A DNA stretch of 55,592 nucleotides, the filler included, from Barthelona sp. PAP020 (Eukaryota), in NCBI GenBank assembly GCA_040182905.1. It is 3 parts of 3 records of this genome, joined end to end, with 100 filler letters (N's around TTAATTAATTAA, not from the genome) between each part and the next. Parts side by side here need not be neighbours in the genome. Positions count along the whole stretch, not along the records: positions 18,803 to 37,281 come from JARQWU010000226.1; positions 37,382 to 55,592 come from JARQWU010000228.1; 1 more part is not named here. One strand, given 5' to 3'. Each line of letters opens with the position of its first letter. Position 1 is the first letter of the stretch. Shown in pieces: positions 30,295-38,720 of the stretch. Both the position numbers and the translations under genes were made by a program. The notes under the pieces were generated by a model. That model saw nothing but the letters and a program-made list of their open reading frames with translations. It was not told where the DNA came from and searched no databases.

Positions 30295-31287
30295 TTATTC
30301 TGAATTAATAATTGAAAGTAACTTTTCAACGACTTCCTTCAATATCCCTAAAGCAGGAGAATCAATTGCAGATTCAGCAAAGTTTTCTCCAGCATCCATG
30401 GCAGCCATTATTCTAGGATCCAATGGGAAACTACCTAAATATGGAACGCTCATGTTTGTTGCCATATCTTTGGGTCCTCTTCCATTTTTGGCAGTAAAAA
30501 TATGTGTAACCTTAGCACAGCTGGGACAAACAAATCCAGACATATTTTCAACTAAACCTAAGATGGGTATATTTGTTTTTCTGCAGAAGTTGATTTCTTT
30601 TCTGACATCAGCCATTGCAACTTCCTGAGGTGTTGTGACAATAACAGCACCAGAAAGATCAGTTTGGGAAAGATATGAATAAATTGCCAAATGTTCATCA
30701 GACGTTCCAGGTGGAGTGTCGATAATCAAAGTATCAATACCAGTCCAATCAACTTCAGCCAAGAAACTTTGAATAATAGAATTCTTTTTAGGTCCTCTCC
30801 AAATTACAGGAGCATCACGATCTTGCAATAAGAAACCAATGGACATAACAGAAAGGTTTGGATAACTTTCAGGAATAATAGGAGTCCAACCCAAAGCAGA
30901 AGGAATTACATCTGAATCAACACATCCAGTAATAGTTGGAATGGATGGTCCACAGATATCAACATCCAATAAACCCACTTGATGACCAATTCTTGATAAT
31001 TGGTCAGCTAACATCGTAGCTACAGTCGATTTGCCAACACCTAAAGGTTAGAAAAAATTGAAATTTCATTAAATACCTCCTTTTCCAGAGAGAACCAATA
31101 TTTTATTGGGAATCGTTGACATTTTCTCTTTAATAGTTAACATAACAGGATCAATTTGTTGAGATTGAGCTGCACCACAACTTCCTCTACTTGGGCAAGT
31201 TGCACATTTGTCAGGGGTACAACCATTGTTTTGTTTTGAACAATTTCCGGCTAAGGAACAATTGCTACAATCTCCAGTACAAGACAT
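30295..31287 (-). CDS. NBP35: Cytosolic Fe-S assembly scaffold Nbp35 (Mrp/NBP35 ATPase); exons 31287-31077 and 31040-30295, 318 aa
   Basis: Splicing restores SGKGGVGKST. Also has DVDICGPSIP, VIWRGPKK, DTPPGTSDEH, VENMSGFVCPSC and a Cys-rich N-terminus. Confidence 0.92.
31041..31076 (-). other. 36-nt GT-AG intron
   Basis: GTATTT...CTAACCTTTAG. Removal rejoins the Walker A motif. Confidence 0.95.
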
Positions 31288-31474
31288 TATAATTGAAAAA
31301 AATAATTATTGACAAAATTGTGTGGTTGATTGATTTCACCCTCAATTGAAAGTTCTTTTAAATTTTTCATGATTGATATTGATTGATATCTATATTTTAT
31401 AATAAAAAGTTAATCTTTGAATAAAATTAATAACTATTGATTGTTAACGAAAATTTGAGTGAAATTTTTTTTTG

Positions 31475-31972
31475 ATGTCATTTGTTGATGAAACTGAAGT
31501 AAGTTATGAATGTTGCGGTAGTCTTCCTAATTTTCGACGTCAGTTATCGATATTTTTGATTTCAAAAGCATTTCTCAGTTTTATTACGTTTACCATATTA
31601 TGCACATCTTTTTTAATCATATATGAACTTGTTAGTGATGACGAAAATGATACAATTGTTTGCTTTATCGAATGGTTTCTTTTGATATCTTTGGGGATTG
31701 AAATTTCTTTAAATATTGTCGCTTTCCGGGCAAAAAATCTTAAACGAGTACCTTTTTATGTTGATTTAATTGCTCTTGGTTTTTGTGTTGTTTCTATTAC
31801 TTTGAATATGAATAACGTTGAATCTGATGACAGTTTACACATTGCAATATTGTCTTCAAGAATTTTTAGAGACATTGTTTTAATTGTCAGTGCCTTGAAT
31901 AGAGTCGTTGAAAGAAAACACATTGATGATCATCCCCTTGTCTTGAGTCAAACAATAGATCCCGAAATATAA
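31475..31972 (+). CDS. Small 4-TM protein resembling a stand-alone voltage-sensor domain
   Basis: Four hydrophobic helices, with an S2-like E (LGIEI), an S3-like D (FYVDL) and an S4-like SRIFRD. Confidence 0.55.
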   Translation: MSFVDETEVSYECCGSLPNFRRQLSIFLISKAFLSFITFTILCTSFLIIYELVSDDENDTIVCFIEWFLLISLGIEISLNIVAFRAKNLKRVPFYVDLIALGFCVVSITLNMNNVESDDSLHIAILSSRIFRDIVLIVSALNRVVERKHIDDHPLVLSQTIDPEI

Positions 31973-31983
31973 TTTGTATTTAA

Positions 31984-32409
31984 TTAGACATCTGTAAATA
32001 TATCCCATTCATTTGTATTATTTTCATCTTGTTGCTCATTACTTGAAGGAAATGTCTGACTATATGTCTTAATATCATTGTTCAATTGATTTTGTTGGAT
32101 TTGAATGGATTCAATTGATGATTTTTGAGTTCTCAATTCTATAACAATGGTTTGCAAAAGATCTTGAATTCCGTTTAGTGATTCCAATATTTTTAATTGA
32201 AAGTATTTGTTATTTGTGTTGTCAATGGGGGTTGATTCAATATTATTAACATTAGGTTGACTAATAATGGAAAATTTTGAGTTTTTTGATGTCTTTGAAG
32301 TTTCTAAAGAAGAGGAAAAGGAAGAAAATGAATTATTCACAGGTTCTATTTGTGATAAATTGTTATTATACCCTTGTGTTTGAGCAAATGTTCTCCATTG
32401 ACTTGTCAT
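31984..32409 (-). CDS. Hypothetical protein with short coiled coil
   Basis: ATG-started 141-aa ORF convergent with its neighbour; low-complexity S/N/Q content. Confidence 0.6.
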   Translation of the reverse strand: MTSQWRTFAQTQGYNNNLSQIEPVNNSFSSFSSSLETSKTSKNSKFSIISQPNVNNIESTPIDNTNNKYFQLKILESLNGIQDLLQTIVIELRTQKSSIESIQIQQNQLNNDIKTYSQTFPSSNEQQDENNTNEWDIFTDV

Positions 32410-32497
32410 TTTCTTTTTTTGGTTGACCAATTAAATGCAGGCATTTTTATTTTTGATTCATTTGTTATTTTTTTAAAGCAAACACCAAACAGATAGC

Positions 32498-33124
32498 ATG
32501 TGTTTAAAAAAAATTGTTGTCAGAATATATAAAGAGTTTCTGAAAAAATCATGTAATTTTTTTTTGGTTATGAGGTTTCATTCTTCAAAGAAAAACAAAG
32601 AAAATACTAATTTAATATTTCGTCGAGCCTTTTATCGAATGAAACTTGATGATTCTACCCTTTCAAACACCTATGAATCATCATTAAGACCAACTTTTAC
32701 AATGAATACAACTTACCCCTTGCAAAATGTTAATGTGCAAACATCACCATCGAGAGAAAAAGAAATAGATCCAAATTTGCAAAAAATGATTAGAAAACAA
32801 TTGTTAAATGAGTTGAAGAGACATTCTTTTGCTCTTTCAAAGGATCATATTTGTGAATTGGTTGCAATCTTTTTCGGAGATAAAGATATTTTAATTTCGG
32901 AGAGAGTCATTTTTATTTGTTTAGAATCCCTTGTAAAGATGAAATTGGTTGAAGAAATTCAATGTTTAGACAATAACAGAGTTAAGAGCTTTTTTAGATT
33001 GTTTAAGAATGATGATATAAATGATGATTCAATTGATGAAGAAGCCAATGTTGATTCATTGAATAATGATGATGATTCTGTTGAGATGGATGATGAATAT
33101 GAGGTATACCTTTTCAATGCTTGA
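32498..33124 (+). CDS. Hypothetical protein (possible winged-helix region, acidic tail); true start may be 32639
   Basis: 208-codon ORF. The pattern VIFICLESLVKMKLVEE...KSFFRL is wHTH-like. Confidence 0.55.
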   Translation: MCLKKIVVRIYKEFLKKSCNFFLVMRFHSSKKNKENTNLIFRRAFYRMKLDDSTLSNTYESSLRPTFTMNTTYPLQNVNVQTSPSREKEIDPNLQKMIRKQLLNELKRHSFALSKDHICELVAIFFGDKDILISERVIFICLESLVKMKLVEEIQCLDNNRVKSFFRLFKNDDINDDSIDEEANVDSLNNDDDSVEMDDEYEVYLFNA

Positions 33125-33336
33125 ATTTTATTTGTAAATTTTCCCACATTATTGATTTTTGTGTTTTTTTTTTGGATAAAACATCAATTTGATTTTTGAA
33201 ATTAACTTTAATCATTTTATAATAAAATAGTGTTGAACAATTTTAAAACGATAATTGTGATAAAGATTGATTATATTTGAGTGAAATGAAAAAATGAAAA
33301 AATAGGTAAATTTGATTTTTTTTCCTGTGTCTTGTG

Positions 33337-36300
33337 ATGAGTTGTATTTTGAAAATCACAAATTTAGAACAATTAGATGTTTTAGATTCAGAAGGAACTA
33401 ATGAATATGTGATGACATTAACATTTGGAGATTTATATGAAAATACTTCTGAAATATTCAATCAAATTACTGAAGATATTGACTTTGAAATACCTTTACA
33501 AGATTTTTATCCGGGTAATCCTGATATTGTTGATTTATTTTTTCAAGAATTTTTTGAATTTAAAATATCTAAGATTGATGCCAAAGCTGGCAAAAAGGGT
33601 TCAAAAAATATTGAAGATATTTTGAGCACAAGTTTATCTTTTCATCAGTTGTATTCACAATATTCCAAAAGTGAGTTTAATTTTGAAGTTCCTTTTTTCA
33701 GTTTGAATAATGAAGAAGAAGAAAAAGAAGAAGAAAGGTGTGTTATTGACATATTTTCAAATTCTGAAAATTGGAAAAAGGGTGACATTAGCTTGAATTT
33801 GTTTTTTGCTTTACCAGATTTATTGGTTCCTGTTGATGAAGATGCGAGATGTTTAACTTTAACAATTCCTCCACTTAATTTTCCCGGTATCTTGTCAGTA
33901 GGTGGAATTGATGGGTCTGAAAGATGTGAATACGATTATAAGTTGATATTTGAATTGCCTTGGGGAGATAAAGTGACTCGTTCATGTTGTATTGATGGTG
34001 GTATTTTGGTTCTTGATGAAAATTTGGATGAAAACACTGTAAGTGATTCATTAGGCGATGGAACTTTAACGTTCGGTGATAAACCAAAGAAATTTTATTT
34101 GAATGTGGCGTGTTGTGAGGCTTTACGAAAGAATTCTACACTTCCTTTCAGAATATCAAGGGTTTGTGCTGATGCAGAAAATGTGGATCCCTTTGAACCT
34201 TATTTAACCAATTTAGTTTCTAATGTGGACATAAAGATTTTAACAAAGGCTGGAATTACTTCTTCTACCATTGAAAGTGAATTCGTTTTGATTGAACCTG
34301 TTGAATGTGGGAGCATTGGTGAATTTTCAACAACATTGAATGATAGCACGAGACCTAATTCAAGAAAGAGTGGTACAACTAAAAAGAAAGCCAAAGGACC
34401 CAAGGGAAAGAAAACCAAAAGTTCCCTACCTGCTCTCAATTTGGAACAAATTTTCGTTCAGTTGAACAATTGGAAATCCTCTATAAGCTTTGCACCACAA
34501 TTTTCCATTTTTCCGTCCATCAGACCACCAAGGGATATAAATAAATTAAAATCAATTAAAATTGAGGACATCATACCAAAACGTGAATCTTTGCCGTCAT
34601 TTAATCATACTCAAGCGAAAAAGAATTTTAATTTGTGTGTACAGTCAATAATTGATCTGATTGCTAAGCAGTATCAGAGTTTATTTGCTAATGAAGAGGA
34701 GATTGATGAGACAGTTACGTATCAAGATCGATTAAACAAACTTTTGTATGAATTGAACAAAAATGGAATGTATTTGACCATTAGAAATATGCTTAAACCT
34801 GTGATAAAAGAGCTTTACAAATATGAAGACAGTATGAATTACAGCGAATTCTTTGCCTTGATGATGAGTGAAATGATTAAAAGATTAAAGTTGACGATTG
34901 AGCAAAAGATCATAATCGAACCAGAGAGTGTTTATGAGAAAATTTTGAATAAACAATTGACTTTGAAAGAACAAAAGTTGTACAATATTTTCGAAATGTT
35001 TTGTTGTGAAAATTATGAAGAAATTGTCAAAACTTTTGAAGAAATTTTAATTGATTGTGAAGAAAATGATGTGAAGATCAATTATTTGTCATATTTTGCT
35101 AAATATTTAACATTGACGAATGATTATACTTTAGCTGTTGAAATGTTAAGACTTGGATTAAGTATTGATCAAGAGATCAATCAAGATCCATTATTTAATG
35201 AAGATCAAATTCGTGATGATGGAAAAACCAGTTTTGATGACTTGCAAATTCTGTATGTATGTCATTTGGCACATTCCCAAAAGTTCGAAGATGCCAAAAT
35301 TTTATTGGAGAATCTTAATTATCGCTTTGATCAACGTGTTAAATTGTTTGAAGCTGAATATAACAATCAAGTGATTGGTGATGAACAAAAGGAAGAATTA
35401 GAGTTAGTTTTAAGAAATTTAAGGTTTTCCATACTTCTGTTGATCTCTATTGAATATTTAATTGAAAGTTTGATTGAACAAGATTCAAGGCCATGTGCTG
35501 TTGCCAAAAGAAAATTTTTAGATCTCAAAAAAGTGATTTTTGAAGAAGATTTTTCGACAACTGATAAATTTGGACAACCTTTGAACAAAAATGTTAATGA
35601 TCTAACTATTAATCGCCAAATTGGAGAGTATTTATTGGAAAATGGATTTTATGATCTTGCTGAAATGTGTTTTGCTAAGAATATTGAGCAAATTGGTCAG
35701 AATGCCCGAGATTTCAGGTTTTTGGGAGAGATTTACATGAATACTAAGGATTATACAAAATCAGAAGAGTATATTCATTCTGCAGTTATAAATAAAGATG
35801 ATCAAAGAGCTTTTGAATGTGCTGGAATATTAATGTACAAATTAAAGAAATATGATGAAAGTTTTGAGACTTTTAGTTCATTGTTTGAACAATTTGAAGA
35901 GAATCAAGTATTTTCTGCAAAATCATTGATTTATCTTTGTGAATGTTTTTGGAAGATGGAAAATAGACCTTATGAAACCTTGAAGATCATTTTATTACAG
36001 TGTATGAGCAACGATAATAGTTTAACTAATTATTCCAGATTGTGGTTTACATTGGGAATGATTTTGTTACATTTGAGTGATATTAAACAAGCTCAAATTG
36101 CTTTGAATGAAGCATCTTTAAGAGAACCAAACAATGGTAATGTTTGGGGTGGGACTACTTTATTGAAACAAAAACAAATCATTGGTTTAATCAAAGCTAA
36201 TGAAACTTTGGATGAAAACAGTGAAAATATTAAGGCATTTCAAATTGTTCAACAACAAAGACAAAAGTTTTTGGAAGAAATTGACAGCATTTTGTTGAAA

Positions 36301-36843
36301 GCTTGGAAGAATGATTTAAACTCTATTGAGATTATTCACAAGATTGCAAAACATTTCAAATATTTGAAATTACATCATAAAGCTGCAATGATGTTCTCCA
36401 GAGCTATGGCATTGTATTCACCTCCTATTATTCATACATTTTTGAGTTTAGAGAAGAATTTAAATCATGAATATTTAGAATTTGAAGATGTTTTGAGAGA
36501 TTCATCCAATTCAGAATATTTTACATTGATAACGTTAGAATTTTTGTTGGATTATGCTGATTGTTTGTTTTTCATTCAAAATTTTGAAAAAAGTTATTTA
36601 ATTTTCAGTAACATGTATAATTTGATTCTTGGTTTTGAAAAGCATTCAAAAGAAACTGTAGTCAGTATCAAAATGTTTGTTTTAGAAAGATTAATTGAAA
36701 TTAGTAAATTGCTTGGCTTCTTTGACGATAATAAACATTTCAAAAAACTATTGGAATCTTTCCGTCTAAATAGCATGAGTGATGATTCATATTCTGCTCT
36801 CGATTCTAAATTGTCTTTTTTCAACATCAAATTTGTAAATTGA
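33337..36843 (+). CDS. CFAP70-like TPR protein
   Basis: C2-like N-terminus, IEDIIPKR, LLYELNKNGMY--IR--LK--I, C-terminal TPRs and ALNEAS---NN--VWG. Confidence 0.65.
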   Translation: MSCILKITNLEQLDVLDSEGTNEYVMTLTFGDLYENTSEIFNQITEDIDFEIPLQDFYPGNPDIVDLFFQEFFEFKISKIDAKAGKKGSKNIEDILSTSLSFHQLYSQYSKSEFNFEVPFFSLNNEEEEKEEERCVIDIFSNSENWKKGDISLNLFFALPDLLVPVDEDARCLTLTIPPLNFPGILSVGGIDGSERCEYDYKLIFELPWGDKVTRSCCIDGGILVLDENLDENTVSDSLGDGTLTFGDKPKKFYLNVACCEALRKNSTLPFRISRVCADAENVDPFEPYLTNLVSNVDIKILTKAGITSSTIESEFVLIEPVECGSIGEFSTTLNDSTRPNSRKSGTTKKKAKGPKGKKTKSSLPALNLEQIFVQLNNWKSSISFAPQFSIFPSIRPPRDINKLKSIKIEDIIPKRESLPSFNHTQAKKNFNLCVQSIIDLIAKQYQSLFANEEEIDETVTYQDRLNKLLYELNKNGMYLTIRNMLKPVIKELYKYEDSMNYSEFFALMMSEMIKRLKLTIEQKIIIEPESVYEKILNKQLTLKEQKLYNIFEMFCCENYEEIVKTFEEILIDCEENDVKINYLSYFAKYLTLTNDYTLAVEMLRLGLSIDQEINQDPLFNEDQIRDDGKTSFDDLQILYVCHLAHSQKFEDAKILLENLNYRFDQRVKLFEAEYNNQVIGDEQKEELELVLRNLRFSILLLISIEYLIESLIEQDSRPCAVAKRKFLDLKKVIFEEDFSTTDKFGQPLNKNVNDLTINRQIGEYLLENGFYDLAEMCFAKNIEQIGQNARDFRFLGEIYMNTKDYTKSEEYIHSAVINKDDQRAFECAGILMYKLKKYDESFETFSSLFEQFEENQVFSAKSLIYLCECFWKMENRPYETLKIILLQCMSNDNSLTNYSRLWFTLGMILLHLSDIKQAQIALNEASLREPNNGNVWGGTTLLKQKQIIGLIKANETLDENSENIKAFQIVQQQRQKFLEEIDSILLKAWKNDLNSIEIIHKIAKHFKYLKLHHKAAMMFSRAMALYSPPIIHTFLSLEKNLNHEYLEFEDVLRDSSNSEYFTLITLEFLLDYADCLFFIQNFEKSYLIFSNMYNLILGFEKHSKETVVSIKMFVLERLIEISKLLGFFDDNKHFKKLLESFRLNSMSDDSYSALDSKLSFFNIKFVN

Positions 36844-37166
36844 AAGGAAGTTTTTGACAAACAGAAGTAAAAGTATGATTTTATAAATGTATTCAGAGAA
36901 GAAATTACTCTTTTTTCTTTTTTTTTAAAGGAAACATATCGATGCAATACTTTATTCAATGCCAAAAACTGTTTGAGAAGAAATGAAAAAGAAAAGAAAA
37001 CAATTAAAAAAAATAAAAATAAATAAAATAAAATAAATTGTTTTAAAATAACAATTTGTTAACTTGATTTATTTTCATGTCAAAAAGAATTCTAGAATTT
37101 GCTGAAATTTATTTAAATGAATTCCATGAGTTCAAATTTTTTATAACATTATATCGTTATTAGATA

Positions 37167-37281
37167 TTATTTCCAAGCCAAGAAGCACTGTGCGTATGAG
37201 TGAATAAGAAAGAATAGTGTTTATTTGGTTAAAGGCTTTCGAGGCCCGATTGATCTGTTGAAAAACTTTAGATTTTCTAAG
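37167..37281 (-). repeat. Terminal module of inverted-repeat family running into the gap
   Basis: TTATTTCCAAGCCAAGAAGCACTGTGCG... nearly identical to 29729-29842. Confidence 0.9.
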
Positions 37282-37381
37282 NNNNNNNNNNNNNNNNNNN
37301 NNNNNNNNNNNNNNNNNNNNNNNNNTTAATTAATTAANNNNNNNNNNNNNNNNNNNNNNNNNNNNNNNNNNNNNNNNNNNN
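37282..37381. other. Artificial scaffold linker (N44-TTAATTAATTAA-N44)
   Basis: Same construct as 18703-18802. Confidence 0.97.
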
Positions 37382-37582
37382 CCATTGTCTGAATTTCCTT
37401 AATCAAATTTTCTATCCAAAGTTATTGAAGTCATTTCTTTTTTTTTAGGGATTCAATATCGTCCAATCTTTCAATCAGAACTAAGTCATTTCAAACAGCC
37501 AGGATTCAAATTCAAGGCTTTCCCAACTACTCATTTCAATAACACACCGTATATAAAAGCTTTCGTATACCTTTTCTTGTAC

Positions 37583-37650
37583 CTAACGTGAATTTAATTT
37601 TGCCCTTTCGTCTAACGTGAAAATTTTACCCTTTCGTCCAACGTGAAATT
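37583..37650. repeat. Short imperfect tandem repeat (~26-29 nt, about 2.5 units)
   Basis: CTAACGTGAA...TTTTRCCCTTTCGT occurs twice, followed by CCAACGTGAAATT. Confidence 0.75.
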
Positions 37651-37715
37651 TATTGTTGAAATTGTTATTGAGATTCAGACTCGATCCTTTTTCCTTTTTT
37701 TGAAGGAGTAAAACT

Positions 37716-37788
37716 CGGTTCCGATGGGGCTCGAACCCATGACCTTTGGATTAACAGTCCAATGCACTACCGACTGTGCTACGGAACC
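37716..37788 (-). tRNA. tRNA-Asn (GUU)
   Basis: 73 nt cloverleaf: acceptor GGTTCCG/CGGAACC, anticodon arm TTGGA-CTGTTAA-TCCAA, T arm ATGGG-TTCGAGC-CCCAT. No encoded CCA. Confidence 0.97.
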
Positions 37789-37940
37789 TTCAAAACAATT
37801 TTTTAAAAAATGAATTTATAAATAACTTTTAGAGATTGATATCTTCCCCAATTCTATTGAAAGAAGACATTTATTCATTCATTTCTTCTAAAATAAAAAT
37901 AATAATTATTTGCTAATGAATCGCAATTTATCAGAAATTG

Positions 37941-38429
37941 TTTTGGTCCAGTTGTGATACAACTATGTTTATTAGATATTTATGAGGTATGAGTTGTTCA
38001 GTGAACAACGAAACGAGTTAGCTTGAGGTTTGGGAAAAACTCACGTGGATTCAGATGCTCAAGTAACTTAAAAAATTGGACCTAAAGATGATCAAGAAAC
38101 AACGAATAATGGAAGTGATATTTGATGACCTCTTTATATCTCCAATAAATTCCGTTCATTGAGGATGAACTTCCACATTATTTACAAAGAAAGTAAACTC
38201 AGAAAACTCATTCTAGCAAATTTCAGTCAAAATCCCAAGGGGAGAATTTCGGAGAAATTCTTCATTCCTATTTTTTTGTATTTTTGCAAAAGCAAAATTT
38301 AAAGTTTAAACTTTACCTTGGAAAATCTAAAGTTTTTCAACAGATCATTCGGGCCTCGAAAGCCTTTAACCAAATAAACACTTCTTTTTTATTCACTCAT
38401 ACGCACAGTGCTTCTTGGCTTGGAAATAA
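37941..38429 (+). repeat. Longest inverted-repeat family copy (internal modules plus terminal module)
   Basis: Contains matches to ~18518-18694, ~29343-29400 and ~29470-29637, and ends CTTGGAAATAA. Confidence 0.9.
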
Positions 38430-38720
38430 TCTTGTTTTGTATTGAAACACAAATTTAAACCAAAAGAATACTTTTTTGTCGGAAATGGGGCTTGAAAATA
38501 TTAGTAATTGTGAACTTTATTCGGTTGTAAAAGTCATTGTAAAATTAATTTTGTTAGAAATATTGATGTTTGTTTATTTTTTTTAGCGTTTTTTAATTTG
38601 ATTGTAGTTTAAAATATTTTACTAAAATTACATTCATTTTCAACGGTTAATTTTAACTTTAAGAATTTGGAACTGTAAAAATTAAATTTTTTTATTTCGA
38701 TTAATGATGATATAATTATA

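Noticed and set aside
9729..31287. Operon-like sulfur/flavin cluster (TcdA, CoADR-RHD, FAD synthetase, Nbp35)
   Set aside because: The genes are interspersed with unrelated ones and split by a contig gap. Only the TcdA/CoADR adjacency is real.
37167..38429. Apparent 1.26-kb TIR element carrying a tRNA gene
   Set aside because: The two inverted ends are on different contigs separated by the linker and no TSD is evident, so a single element is unsupported.
1..38429. CRISPR array or ribozyme interpretation of the repeats
   Set aside because: The repeats are dispersed and long with no spacer periodicity. No complete hammerhead core (CTGANGA...GAAA) was found.
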